From assembly GCA_019352195.1 (NCBI GenBank), contig JACAFG010000003.1:956-64955 (forward strand): a stretch of 64,000 bases of DNA, given 5' to 3'. The notes under the pieces were generated by a model. It worked only from the letters and a program-made list of their open reading frames with translations. It searched no databases and was not told the origin of the DNA. Position numbers and translations under genes: made by a program. The stretch comes from Candidatus Saccharimonadota bacterium. Lineage in GTDB: Bacteria > Patescibacteriota > Saccharimonadia > UBA4664. The first letter of the stretch is position 1. The number at the start of each line of letters is the position of its first letter. Positions 39,697-49,823 of the stretch are shown piece by piece.

Positions 39697-40316
39697 TCTT
39701 TGATCACGTCGAGAGCTTTTTCGGTGATGATGATCTTATCGGCGTTCATGACTTCAAAGACGTTGAGGTAGGTAGCGGATACCGTCTTGAGACCAGCAAC
39801 GTTACGGGTAGCACGATCGACGAGCGAGGTTTTAGCCTCAACGGCCATGAGAACGCTGCCGGAGATGTTCATCTTGCCAAACAATTCGATAGTTGGCTTA
39901 ACGCGGCCTTCAGCAGCCTCAAATGTTTCGAGGATGATAATGTCACCGGCTTCGGCTCGCAAACTAAGGGCCTGGCGAATAGCAGCACGCTTAGCCTTGA
40001 TGTTCATGGCAACCGTGTAGTTCTCGTTACCAGTTGGTCCAAAGACCACCCCGCCGCCGCGCCAGTTTGGCACGCGGATTGAACCAACACGAGCTCGGCC
40101 CGTGCCTTTTTGCTTCCAAGGCTTCTTACCGCCGCCAGCAACTTCGCCGCGCTTTAACGTCGAGGCTTTGGCTACACGCCCGTTTGATAAGTACATGTTG
40201 TAAGCCTGCTGCACGAGATCGTGGTTGGCCTCGGCACCAAAAATGCCCGCGTCCAGCTTAATAGCTGTGTCGTGCTTGGCGCCGGTCTTCGAGTAGGATG
40301 TAGCGGTAGTTGCCAT
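39675..40316 (-). CDS. rplD: 50S ribosomal protein L4
   Basis: ...KKPWKQKGTGRARVGSIRVPNWRGGGVVFGP... Confidence 0.9.
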   Translation of the reverse strand: MATTATSYSKTGAKHDTAIKLDAGIFGAEANHDLVQQAYNMYLSNGRVAKASTLKRGEVAGGGKKPWKQKGTGRARVGSIRVPNWRGGGVVFGPTGNENYTVAMNIKAKRAAIRQALSLRAEAGDIIILETFEAAEGRVKPTIELFGKMNISGSVLMAVEAKTSLVDRATRNVAGLKTVSATYLNVFEVMNADKIIITEKALDVIKEWLGATK

Positions 40317-40972
40317 TAGAAACCTTTCACCAAAATAGTTCCGCGCTTCGGACCAGGCACCGCGCCTGAGATGGCCAAAATGTTGCGCTCAGCATCAACT
40401 AAAACAATCTTGAGCCCGGTAACCGTTACTTGGTCGCTGCCCATCCGGCCGGCCATGCGGATACCTTTGTAGACGTGCTGAGGGAACATGGAACCAATTG
40501 AGCCGTGGCCGCGGTGAGCATGAGAACCGTGCGTCTTACGACCACTGTTAAAGTTGTGGCGCTTAATAACACCGGCAAAACCTTTGCCCTTTGACGTTCC
40601 CGTTACCTGGATCTTGTCGCCAGCTTCAAAGGCGGTAACGTCAATTTTAGCGCCTACTTCTAGTGCCAGGGCCTCATCGTAGGCTGCCTGACGCGTTTTC
40701 GCGTAGGGGTGCTTAGCGTCAACGGGAGCCACACGCACTTCGCGTAGCACACTGGAGTTAACGTTAGCAGCCTTCAGGTGGCCCGTCTGAGGCTTGGCCT
40801 GGTGCTTAGCATCGCCAAAACCAATCTGAATAGCGTTATAGCCATCGGTTTCGGTAGTTTTGACTTGAGTGACGGTGCAGGGACCAGCCTGAATCAACGT
40901 AACGCGAGCTACGTTGCCGTCCGCATCGAACAGCTGAGTCATACCGAGTTTGGTTCCGAGGAGTGCCTTCAT
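40316..40972 (-). CDS. rplC: 50S ribosomal protein L3
   Basis: MKALLGTKLGMTQLFDADGNVARVTLIQAGPCTVTQ... No rpsJ is found upstream. Confidence 0.9.
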   Translation of the reverse strand: MKALLGTKLGMTQLFDADGNVARVTLIQAGPCTVTQVKTTETDGYNAIQIGFGDAKHQAKPQTGHLKAANVNSSVLREVRVAPVDAKHPYAKTRQAAYDEALALEVGAKIDVTAFEAGDKIQVTGTSKGKGFAGVIKRHNFNSGRKTHGSHAHRGHGSIGSMFPQHVYKGIRMAGRMGSDQVTVTGLKIVLVDAERNILAISGAVPGPKRGTILVKGF

Positions 40973-41154
40973 GGTTTGCCTAAGGTTACATTACATAAAT
41001 AAGTCCTAGGCTACTGACGGTTTCTGCGAGGCAGACCTGCCGGTGTCCTAGTTGATTGCTGCGTGAACAGCTCTCAGATACCAAACGACTATAACGTATC
41101 TGATGGGTGCGTGTCAACAATATCAGCCTCATTTGTTTAGAGCCGCTCCTAATT

Positions 41155-41184
41155 GTTGACAATTGTTGCATAATGTGCTACTAT
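41155..41184 (+). promoter_or_regulatory. sigma-70-like promoter (TTGACA - 18 nt - TACTAT) upstream of the 41198 gene
   Basis: ttgacaattgttgcataatgtgctactat lies 14 nt before the ATG. Confidence 0.4.
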
Positions 41185-41197
41185 TGCACGCATTCTT

Positions 41198-41392
41198 ATG
41201 AAACTACGCTTACCATCACTCACCATCACGCTCGTCGGCATTCTATTTGTCGCCGATATCGTTGTTAGCTTTGTCTATGCTGCCCTCCCCACGACCCTTA
41301 CTGCCGTGCGCTCAGAACTCGATATGCTCCTGCTCATTATAATGAGTATCACGATGGTTGGGGCACTCGCGTGGCTGATCGATAGCTTCTAA
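41198..41392 (+). CDS. small 2-TM membrane protein (64 aa)
   Basis: A hydrophobic ORF between the promoter-like element and a strong terminator. Confidence 0.45.
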   Translation: MKLRLPSLTITLVGILFVADIVVSFVYAALPTTLTAVRSELDMLLLIIMSITMVGALAWLIDSF

Positions 41393-41404
41393 TAGCAACC
41401 AAAC

Positions 41405-41440
41405 CAAAAAACCGCTGCCACGTTGCAGCGGTTTTTTTGA
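41405..41440. terminator. bidirectional rho-independent terminator (accgctgc-cacgtt-gcagcggt, flanked by A6 and T7)
   Basis: Perfect 8-bp stem with an A-run 5' and a T-run 3'. It serves the convergent genes ending at 41392 (+) and 41453 (-). Confidence 0.65.
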
Positions 41441-41452
41441 TGCCAACAATCC

Positions 41453-41710
41453 CTATTGAATGGCGATATAGAGTCCAATTTGACCCGACAGACCCAAAAG
41501 CGCTGCGACAATGAGCACAGCGTACTCAATTTTACGATCGATCTTGAAGTGGTCGTGGGTGGTAAGCATGAGGCCAATAATGAGGCCAATCGGAAATATT
41601 ACCAATCCATTAAATTTAATCCAGATACTACCAAAGACGAAGTAAATCAGGATTTTTAGAAAATAGGTACCGTTGGTTTCGGTGGTCGCTGCGGCGCGCT
41701 TTTTACTCAT
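41453..41710 (-). CDS. small 2-TM membrane protein (85 aa)
   Basis: Hydrophobic ORF. Confidence 0.4.
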   Translation of the reverse strand: MSKKRAAATTETNGTYFLKILIYFVFGSIWIKFNGLVIFPIGLIIGLMLTTHDHFKIDRKIEYAVLIVAALLGLSGQIGLYIAIQ

Positions 41711-41803
41711 GGTGGTATTAAAGCATAACCGTGATGAAATTGCGAGTCATAAGTCGTTACAGCATTGCGGCGCAAGTTAAGGCTCGTGATAAGCTAAATT
41801 CAT

Positions 41804-42349
41804 ATGGTTTATCCGCTATTTGCCCTCATGTGCGTCCTCGTAATCTGGGCCGCTGGTTTTTTCTTAATCCGCCGCTGGCCGGGTGACCGTTCGATGAGCA
41901 TTAGCTTGCACGCGGTCGCACATCGCTCGGCGTTTTGGTATTTTGCCAGCGTGACGACGGTGATAGGTGTGGCGTTTACCGCGTTTCTCACGCAATGGTT
42001 TATTCCGACATTTCACTTGCCCTGGTGGTTTACGGCGGTCTATTTACTATCATTTGCGGCCCAGCTCATAACGGCCTGGGTGCCGGATCGGCCCGGCTGG
42101 CGGCGACCAGTTCACCGCTTGGCAGCCTACGGTATGGCCTTGTTATGGCTCGTATTAACGATCATGCTGGCGGCTTCCGCGGAGTTGAGTGTGTTCGCCC
42201 GGTGGTTTAGTGCCTTAGGCGCGATGGTGATGGTGGGTTCGTTAGTAGTCGCGATGCATCCTCGGCAACGGCCTAACTACCTGATTTATCAAACTACGTA
42301 CGTCATGGTGCTGGATGTGGTGTTTTTAGTGGCAACCTTCGCTCGCTAG
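41804..42349 (+). CDS. polytopic membrane protein (181 aa, about 5 TM, Trp-rich)
   Basis: Hydrophobic ORF with an ATG start. Confidence 0.45.
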   Translation: MVYPLFALMCVLVIWAAGFFLIRRWPGDRSMSISLHAVAHRSAFWYFASVTTVIGVAFTAFLTQWFIPTFHLPWWFTAVYLLSFAAQLITAWVPDRPGWRRPVHRLAAYGMALLWLVLTIMLAASAELSVFARWFSALGAMVMVGSLVVAMHPRQRPNYLIYQTTYVMVLDVVFLVATFAR

Positions 42350-42497
42350 AGCGTAGTCGGTCGTGCGCGTAGCTGCCAGGGCTTAGGTTGATCTTATAGA
42401 TTTATTGCGATATTGATGTTATAGTACTACGGTTTAGTCCCTACGTCCGATTGGAGTTACCGTGGTATATCCGGGTACACTCAGCCCTTCACAAGTC

Positions 42498-43310
42498 ATG
42501 ATGGTCGGAGATACGCACAGCCGCTTCGGCGACTGGTGAGACAAGATCATCCCCACCGCCCTAGCAAACAACCTCCAGGTACTAGTGGTGGCTGGCGACT
42601 TCGAAACCACCGACTACGGCGGCGACGATTTCCCAACCTACCGGGACTTCGTCCGGCTGTTGTCCAAGCAGCTCGCCAAACACGGCCTGACGGTCGTGTT
42701 CGTCGATGGGAATCACGACCGGCACAGCTTCTTGCGGGGTCTGATGGCCGAGCAAGGCGTCAAGAACTACGACAAGTTTGTCCGCGTGCGCGACAACATC
42801 TGGTACGCCCCGCGCGGGTTCACCTGGACGTGGTCAGGCAAGCAATTTATGGCCCTGGGCGGTGCCTACAGCGTCGCCGACGACCGTAACGGCCAGATCG
42901 CGCGCGGCGTTTATGAGTGGGACGAAGCCGTTTCGCCGGCCGACATGCGCCGAGCATACAGTCGGCTCGGCGGCCGGGGCACCATTGATGTTCTGGTTAC
43001 CCACGACTGCCCGATGGAGGTCCCACTGGCGGAGTTACACGAAGGCGTCCGGCCTTGGACTCGCGGCGACTCGCCCGAAACCGACGCCAACCGTCAGCTC
43101 GTCTCGCAGGTGTTCGTCGGTGGTGGCATCCCGTTGTGTTTTCATGGCCACTATCACTTGGCCTACGAATGCGCCGTGCGTGGTGGTTCAATCCGCGCCG
43201 AACAGCGGGTTGTCGGGCTCGGTGCCGATGCCGAAGCCGGTTCCATGCACTTGCTCGACTTGAGCCAGCACCCCGTCTCGACCTATGCGCTCGACATCGT
43301 GTCGGCGTGA
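42498..43310 (+). pseudogene. calcineurin-like metallophosphoesterase interrupted by an in-frame TGA
   Basis: ATG ATG GTC GGA GAT ACG CAC ... GGC GAC TGG TGA GAC AAG ... GTG GTG GCT GGC GAC TTC reads MMVGDTHSRFGDW*DKIIPTALANNLQVLVVAGDFE... Motif I (GDTH) lies upstream of the stop. Motifs II (GDFE), III (GNHD) and GHYH lie downstream, in the same frame. Confidence 0.65.
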
Positions 43311-43428
43311 TTTGTCCGCACAACCCAGATCTAGGGTGAAGCGCCAGTCGAACTTCGACGGGCGCTTTCCTTTGCCCAGAGCGACCGTATATCCGTGCGA
43401 TTATGGTTACGTGATTAGGTGTCTAGCA

Positions 43429-44640
43429 CTATTTGTCGGTGTCGGACGGATGGTAAAACGTATCGTTTTTGAGCGTTTCGGGCAAAAAGCCTTTCGGGTG
43501 TTCGAAACCGGCCTCCCATTTGGTGCCCTTGCCATATTCAAGCTCTTTCATGAGCTTAGTGGGGGCATTGCGCAGATGCAGCGGGACTTCAGCGGCAGGA
43601 TTTTGTTTAGCCGCCGTAATCGCCTCAGCGATGGCATCGTAGGCGCTCCGGCTTTTGGGAGCCTTGGCAAGTGCAATGGTGCATTGGCTTAGAATGATCC
43701 GACCTTCAGGCAGGCCAATGCGCTCGACGGCCAGGAACGTGTCGGTCGCGAGCATGAGCATGCGGTTATCCGCCACCCCGACGTCTTCGGAAGCCAGAAT
43801 CACCAGTCGGCGTGCAATAAATTTCGGATCTTCGCCGCCTTCGAGCATGCGCGCCAAATAAAATAGGGCGGCGTCCACAGCGCCCCCGCGAACACTTTTG
43901 ATAAAGGCCGAGATGACGTTGTAATGATATTCGCCGCCCTTATCAAATTTGGCGGCCGTAGTTTGCATGGCTTGTTTGATGTGTTCAGTGGTCATTCTCG
44001 CGCCACCTGCGAGGCTAGCTGCAGTTTCGAGACCGCCGAGCGCCACCCGCGCATCACCGGCAGCGAGTTGCGCCAGTAAATTGATTGCCTGTGGTTCGAT
44101 TTGGGCACCCAGCTCCGCCCGTCCGCGCTCCAAGATAGCCTCGAGCTGTTCGACGGTTAGCGCCTCAAGCACTACTACCCGACTTCGCGACAACAATGCG
44201 CCGATGACTTCAAACGAGGGATTTTCGGTCGTAGCGCCGATGAGGGTAATGGTGCCGTTTTCGACGTGCGGCAAAAACGCATCTTGCTGAGCTTTGTTAA
44301 AGCGATGGATTTCATCAACAAATAGCACCGTCCCCTGTCCCATTTTGCGGCGCTCTTGAGCGCGTTCAATGATTTTCTTCACGTCGGGGAGCCCGTTTGT
44401 GACGGCCGAGATTTCTTCAAATGCCGACCCTGAACTGGTGGCAATAATGCGCGCTATGGTAGTTTTTCCGGTCCCGGGTGGACCCCATAATATGAGTGAG
44501 GTGGGAGTATGCGTCTCAATAATGCTGCGTAAAAACTGGCCTTCACCAACGACGTTGGTTTGGCCGATAACCTCATCAATAGTCGTTGGGCGAATACGGT
44601 CTGCTAGCGGTCGTGGCTGATTGGAATCAAATAAATTCAT
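43429..44640 (-). CDS. rarA: replication-associated recombination protein A (AAA+ ATPase RarA/MgsA)
   Basis: RPTTIDEVIGQ..., Walker A GPPGTGKTT, Walker B VLFVDEIHRFNK, and the MgsA C-terminal domain. Confidence 0.85.
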   Translation of the reverse strand: MNLFDSNQPRPLADRIRPTTIDEVIGQTNVVGEGQFLRSIIETHTPTSLILWGPPGTGKTTIARIIATSSGSAFEEISAVTNGLPDVKKIIERAQERRKMGQGTVLFVDEIHRFNKAQQDAFLPHVENGTITLIGATTENPSFEVIGALLSRSRVVVLEALTVEQLEAILERGRAELGAQIEPQAINLLAQLAAGDARVALGGLETAASLAGGARMTTEHIKQAMQTTAAKFDKGGEYHYNVISAFIKSVRGGAVDAALFYLARMLEGGEDPKFIARRLVILASEDVGVADNRMLMLATDTFLAVERIGLPEGRIILSQCTIALAKAPKSRSAYDAIAEAITAAKQNPAAEVPLHLRNAPTKLMKELEYGKGTKWEAGFEHPKGFLPETLKNDTFYHPSDTDK

Positions 44641-44769
44641 AGCTTAATTCTATCATACCTGTTCGGCTTTCGTTCGCAAATTGGTAGGCTAGAGTTGGCG
44701 CATTGGGTTGATCGCGAGGCGTGCCCCATCCGCAGGTCTGTCGTCGCTCGGCGGCCACCGACACACGAT

Positions 44770-45660
44770 CTAGTTTTTAACGGCGTCGATGAGGAGCAGC
44801 TGGCGACGTTCGAGGCGAACTGTGAGCGGCAGTTTCATCCGTTCGACTTCGCCGTCTAGACCAACCAATAAGGACCCGTGGCGCCTAGAATCAACTACCA
44901 GCTCCGAAGGATTGAACTGGTGAAACATGTCCATACTGCGAGTCGTACCCAAAGTGGTGCGCTAGGCTAGTTTTACGAGGTCAGCGCGTTTGTCGGAGTT
45001 TAGCGTATAGACACATAACTCACCTTTATCGACGTTTTCTCGCGCCACCAAGCCGAGGCGATCAATTTGATAATCATTATTGCCAATAAATACGAGTGGC
45101 GAGGTCACCTTGGTAACCTCGCCGTTAATCGTCAAATTTAGGCTAAACGTCTGATAGTGAATGAGAACCTTAACGCTGGCAATGGCGGCCGCCAGCATTT
45201 TGCCAATATAGGGCTGTATTTTCTCACGTTCAGTCACAAAGCGAGGATAAAATCCGAGCCCAGCGTTGTTTAAAAAAATTGATCCATTCACTTCGCCAAC
45301 ATCGACGCGGCGAGTCTGGCCTGATTCCAGCGCCTTGAAGATAGCTTCTAAATCGTTTGGCACGCCCAGATCTCTGGCAAAATGGTTAAAAGTTCCCCAT
45401 GGCAAGACGCCGAAGGCCGTTTTTGTCCCGGCCAACGATGAGGCCACGGAGCGCAAGGTGCCGTCGCCCCCTGCTGCTACTACCGCTTTATAGCCCGCGT
45501 CGCGCAGACGAGCTGTTTGGGCCACGATATCAGAGCCGGTAAGCACTACTTCCGCGTCCAGTTTATGCTCTGTAATGGTGCTATGGAGGAGTTTAATTCT
45601 TGCCAAAGTTACCGAACCAGAGCCGGGATTGATGATAAAAACGTAGCGCGGATGGGCCAT
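44770..45660 (-). pseudogene. YegS/DagK-family lipid kinase interrupted by an in-frame TAG
   Basis: ORF 44962..45660 (FIINPGSGS..., AAGGDGT catalytic domain) ends at TAG 44962-44964. The same frame continues ...DKRADLVKLA*RTTLGTTRSMDMFHQ...VGLDGEVERMKLPLTVRLE (ORF 44770..44952). This is the conserved C-terminal beta-sandwich. Confidence 0.65.
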
Positions 45661-46193
45661 TAGACTTGCCCCACTTTAATAATGAGAACGAGCACAAGCA
45701 GGCCCAGACACCAACCTCCCAAGATGTCAGTCGGATAATGCGCGCCAAGGTACACGCGTGAGAGGCCTATCATAATAATGAGTAAGGTGAACAGTAGCGG
45801 GATAACACTGTTCCAGACTTGGGCTAAATGGCCAGCCGCCAAAAAGGCCAACAGCCCATACATGACCAGGGAACCATAGCTGTGACCGCTCGGAAAACTG
45901 TAGGTGTGGAGGCCAAGTGCGGCGGCCGTATCGGGTCGGGTACGCTGCCATATCACTTTGATCAGGGCCGAAAACAATAAAGATCCCAACGCAGCCAGCG
46001 CCACGAGAGCTATGTTGTAGTGATGCTGCCAGAGCGTCGATCCTAGCAGGGCAAGACCAACTAACGTTACCGTTGCGGGGCGCCCGATAAGACTGGCGCC
46101 CGTCATAGCTGAGTCAAGCGATGACGGCCAGGTGCGAATTTGACGCGTGACCGCCAGATCGAAACGGCTAATTTGTGTGGTAATCGATTTCAT
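45660..46193 (-). CDS. PAP2-family phosphatase (undecaprenyl-diphosphatase / PgpB-like)
   Basis: KxxxxxxRP (KVIWQRTRPD), PSGHS and SRVYLGAHYPTD motifs. 5-6 TM helices. Confidence 0.7.
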   Translation of the reverse strand: MKSITTQISRFDLAVTRQIRTWPSSLDSAMTGASLIGRPATVTLVGLALLGSTLWQHHYNIALVALAALGSLLFSALIKVIWQRTRPDTAAALGLHTYSFPSGHSYGSLVMYGLLAFLAAGHLAQVWNSVIPLLFTLLIIMIGLSRVYLGAHYPTDILGGWCLGLLVLVLIIKVGQV

Positions 46194-46319
46194 CGTTACA
46201 TTATAAACCGATTTTTAGGCATTTTGGTTGGCCTCAAATGCCGCTTTGATGAGACATAATTCCGGCCGGTCAGGCTAAATGATTCGCGGCCACCGGAACG
46301 AGTCCGGTGGCCGCGCAGA

Positions 46320-47275
46320 TCAATTGTTACAGCGAACGCCGCGCCAGCCTTGGTTGCCGAGCCAAATGTCGGCAGCGAGGCCAGCAACTCGGCCATCAGG
46401 TCCGTCGATCTCGTCCCAAACGTTGGAGTACCAACCGGTAACGTTGCGAAGGTAACCCTCGCCGAAAACGCTGTTACCTTGGAGCTGACATTCTACGGTT
46501 ATGGGTTCGCCTTCGAGTGGCCGCCACCCGGTAGCAATGGGCGGGCCAGCCCAATAGTCGCCCGTGCAGCTTGCCGCTGCGCAACACGCCAAACTACGCT
46601 GCCACGCCCATCAAGCCGATATAGCCGGTGTTGGCAATATGAGCGTAGTTTTGCACGGCAACGACCAATACGTAGATGGCCAATAGACCAATCGTTCCTA
46701 AATACCAGGGATGCATGGTGATCGCAAAAAAGCTGGTTTTGTCACTCGCAAACGTGCTGACCCGCGGGCTCATGAGGCGTGGCAAGACATATAGGCAGCC
46801 GAAAATTCCGAGGGCCGAGACGATAAACGCACCCCACAGCGGCAGATGCGTGAGTGAGGCAATTTGCCTGGTATCGCCACCGGTGACAAACGGGGTGATG
46901 AACATGTAGCCAAAGCCGGTTTCGGCGCTCAAGAAGGCCACCCAAATAGCTAGCAACACACTAAACCCAGTAGCTGACGTCTATAAGAGCCAGCTTTTGA
47001 GCCACCAAATGGCTAGCAAACCTGATACGAGACTTAAATAGTGGGCCCGTGGCTAAACTTATGATGTCGTGGGCGTGAGAGGTGGCGTCGGGCGTAACGA
47101 CAAAGTTGGGATAGATAGTTGCCTGGGTTGCTCCCAATATTAGAGCTGCGACGAGATGCGATATTTCATGCAGCGTTGTTACAATCAAACCGGCTAAGAC
47201 AAAGGCGATGGTTGAATTGAGGATCGTTCGTTTTTGGGCAGGAGCGGAGATTTTGGATCTGGCGTTTGAGTTCAT
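46320..47275 (-). pseudogene. membrane HExxH zinc-metalloprotease-like gene with Cys/Trp-rich C-terminal ectodomain, split into three contiguous ORFs in three frames
   Basis: ORF A 46961..47275 (TM helix containing LHEISHLVAA). ORF B 46594..46959 (3-4 TM). ORF C 46320..46592 (CCAAASCTGDYWAGPP...WLGNQGWRGVRCNN, TTG start, no signal peptide). The ends abut with no intergenic space. Confidence 0.45.
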
Positions 47276-47395
47276 ATTGCTTGGGTTATGCGATGCGGAT
47301 GAATTTGTCGGCTTGTCGTTTATACATCATCCGCCACTGGTAATTCTTCCAAAATGTTGGTATAATGCACAAAATTATAGACAACAAGGAATATC

Positions 47396-48661
47396 ATGGC
47401 CAACATATCGGACCAAGGCCGCATTAAAGAACTTGAGTCCGAAGTAGCCAAACTCACTACGCAAGTCGAAACGCTTAAATTAGCGACCGAAGCTGCGCCC
47501 AAGCGAACTCGCTGGGGCTGGCGGACAAATCTCAGTACGGCACTGCTGGCGTTAGCACTCATCGTAATTGTTCCGACCGGCATGGTGATTTGGCTTAACC
47601 GCACCGTCCTACAGCCGAGCGACTATATTAAGACGGTTGGTCCTGTTATTCAGGCTCCGGAAGTACAACTCGCTATCCAGAAGACCGCCACCGATCAACT
47701 GTTTGCGCATGTTGACGTAAATTCGCTCGTTAGCAATGCTTTGCCACCGCAAGCGCAGTTTTTGGCTGGCCCTATTTCATCTCAAGTAAAAACCTACACC
47801 AATACTACGATTGGTACGATTGTGGCGAGTCCGCAGTTTGCTAAGGTTTGGATTGCTGCTAACACGCAGGCCCAGGCTACGTTCGTGAATATTGCTAAAA
47901 ATTCCAATGGTAGCCCAGACATTGATATCAGCCGTGTCTACACCTTCATCTCTGCCCAGCTGCAAGACACGCCGCTATCCATAATCGCCAATCGACCATT
48001 GCCGGCTAATATCGGCAGCATTAACATCGCCACCGTGCCCGCGCTCCAAACTATCCCCCACTATGTGACACTGCTCAACACGTGGCGCTGGCTGCTCATC
48101 GGCCTCGTGGTCGTATTGCTGGCACTAGCAATTGGCGTGAGTAAGAAACGGCGTCGCACGACCGTCCAAACGGGTATTGGCATTATCTTTGCCGGTGTCG
48201 TTACGTTGGCCGTTATCCGGATCGGCCGGGCAGCCATGATTGATCCCATCAGCGATCCCATTTACCGTAACGCTGCCGTATCGGTTTGGCACACTATTCT
48301 CACGCCGTTCTTTTGGCAGCTAGGTGTAATGGCACTCCTCGGAGCAGTAATCGCGCTGGTTGGCTGGCTGGCCGGTCCTGGTAAAGTGGCCACGACGGTA
48401 CGTACCGGCAGCGAAAACTTGTTGGCTAGTGGCCGAGTTGCCCTGCTACCGACCCTCAGCGAGAATACAGCTGTCGTATGGATGCGTCGTCACCGCTTGG
48501 CACTTCGTTGGACGGTTCTCGTTCTTACCGTGGTAACCCTTGGTTTGTTCGTACCTTTAAGTGTCGTTAAGCTTATCGTCATATTAGTGATCGCACTGAT
48601 CGTCTTCCTTGGCTTAGAGTTTGTGATTGCTGATTCCAACCTGCCCAAAACAGCCGCTTAA
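47396..48661 (+). CDS. large polytopic membrane protein (421 aa; N-terminal coiled coil, TM, about 190-aa ectodomain, 5-6 C-terminal TM)
   Basis: ATG start. Family not recognised. Confidence 0.5.
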   Translation: MANISDQGRIKELESEVAKLTTQVETLKLATEAAPKRTRWGWRTNLSTALLALALIVIVPTGMVIWLNRTVLQPSDYIKTVGPVIQAPEVQLAIQKTATDQLFAHVDVNSLVSNALPPQAQFLAGPISSQVKTYTNTTIGTIVASPQFAKVWIAANTQAQATFVNIAKNSNGSPDIDISRVYTFISAQLQDTPLSIIANRPLPANIGSINIATVPALQTIPHYVTLLNTWRWLLIGLVVVLLALAIGVSKKRRRTTVQTGIGIIFAGVVTLAVIRIGRAAMIDPISDPIYRNAAVSVWHTILTPFFWQLGVMALLGAVIALVGWLAGPGKVATTVRTGSENLLASGRVALLPTLSENTAVVWMRRHRLALRWTVLVLTVVTLGLFVPLSVVKLIVILVIALIVFLGLEFVIADSNLPKTAA

Positions 48662-48727
48662 AGCGTGCTTGCCACAAAATAATCCCTCGCAGCAGCGATG
48701 CTACGGGGGATTATTTTGTGGGCGGAA

Positions 48728-49276
48728 CTACTTAGCGGCGATAGCCGGGTCACCAGCACCGAGGCCAACTGCGAGAACAATTGGGCCCGAAACCAGAGCG
48801 TAGATACCAATTACCCAAACGTAGGCAACGCCTGCGCCAACTGGGTAGCGGAGCAAGACCAGACCGACCAAGAGGGCCAAAACGCCCGAAACAATCGATA
48901 GGGCTTTGTGGTTGCTGTTGCTACCAATAGCGGCAACGACATCAAACACACCGCGGAAAATGAACGTGAAGCCGACGAACAAGACGAGCGTTACGGCCGT
49001 CGTGCCGGGGTGATCGAGGATGTACGAACCGGCTGCAATAAACAATGCACCGAGAACGATTTCGCCGATCGAGGACCAACCAGCGTTTAGGTGGACGATG
49101 CCGCTAACTACGCCAACGACACCGGCGATGAGCGCGTACAAGCCAAAGATGCTGGCAAAGGTTACGGCGGTCATACCTGGCCAAACGATAGCTACGAGAC
49201 CAAAGAGGATAAGCAAGATGCCTTCCACAATATATGGCCAGTGGCTGTGACTATGAACGGTGGATATTGAGTCCAT
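48728..49276 (-). CDS. HdeD-family (DUF308) acid-resistance membrane protein
   Basis: Repeated GxxxG-rich helices (ILLILFGLVAIVWPG...FVGFTFIFRGVFDVVAAIG...). The track ORF extends to 49441. I place the start at MDSISTVHSH. Confidence 0.55.
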   Translation of the reverse strand: MDSISTVHSHSHWPYIVEGILLILFGLVAIVWPGMTAVTFASIFGLYALIAGVVGVVSGIVHLNAGWSSIGEIVLGALFIAAGSYILDHPGTTAVTLVLFVGFTFIFRGVFDVVAAIGSNSNHKALSIVSGVLALLVGLVLLRYPVGAGVAYVWVIGIYALVSGPIVLAVGLGAGDPAIAAK

Positions 49277-49562
49277 GGAGCCTCCAAAATATTTTAAGGT
49301 GATCCGGCGTTTGCTCTTTTGCTGAGCCACAATACACACAACACCGGCTCGTGTATTGTGTAAGCTCATAATGTACTCCTTGGGACGATGTGTCAAGCAA
49401 CATAAGGATATTTTCAGCAACTTTGGATCGTAACTGGGCAATTTCTATTTATTTGTTACTAACGCGTGACAGCATAATTACTGGCAAACCTCGCGAGGCA
49501 CCATGTCGAACGGCCGACCCCGGGTTTGGGATCGGCCGTTATTCAGACGAGGTTGAATCGTG

Positions 49563-49823
49563 CTAGCGGAGCCGTCCCGAGATCTTCCAGGCTAGCCATA
49601 CGGCTACTCTGGAAGCCACCAGCGCTAAGATGATAATGATGATCACTAGCACTGGGGTTAAATACCGGTAGGTCCGCCAACTTACGAAGCAGGCAATGAC
49701 GGTGGCACCGATCGCGCGGGCGAGCGCCTGGTACAGGTTGTCACGCCGCGTGCGCTTATCTTTGGCCCACTTCAGACCGGCCGCTACCTGCAGCTCGTCA
49801 AAGACCACTGGGCGCTCAGTCAT
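49563..49823 (-). CDS. small membrane protein (86 aa)
   Basis: The first of three consecutive minus-strand membrane ORFs. It overlaps the next ORF by 8 nt. Confidence 0.35.
   Translation of the reverse strand: MTERPVVFDELQVAAGLKWAKDKRTRRDNLYQALARAIGATVIACFVSWRTYRYLTPVLVIIIIILALVASRVAVWLAWKISGRLR

Noticed and set aside
42537-42539. TGA as a sense codon (alternative genetic code) to explain the interrupted metallophosphoesterase
   Set aside because: Many ribosomal and other conserved genes in the window have normal lengths when read with TGA as a stop (e.g. the ABC ORFs and the phosphoesterase itself end at TGA). A second interrupted gene uses TAG, not TGA.
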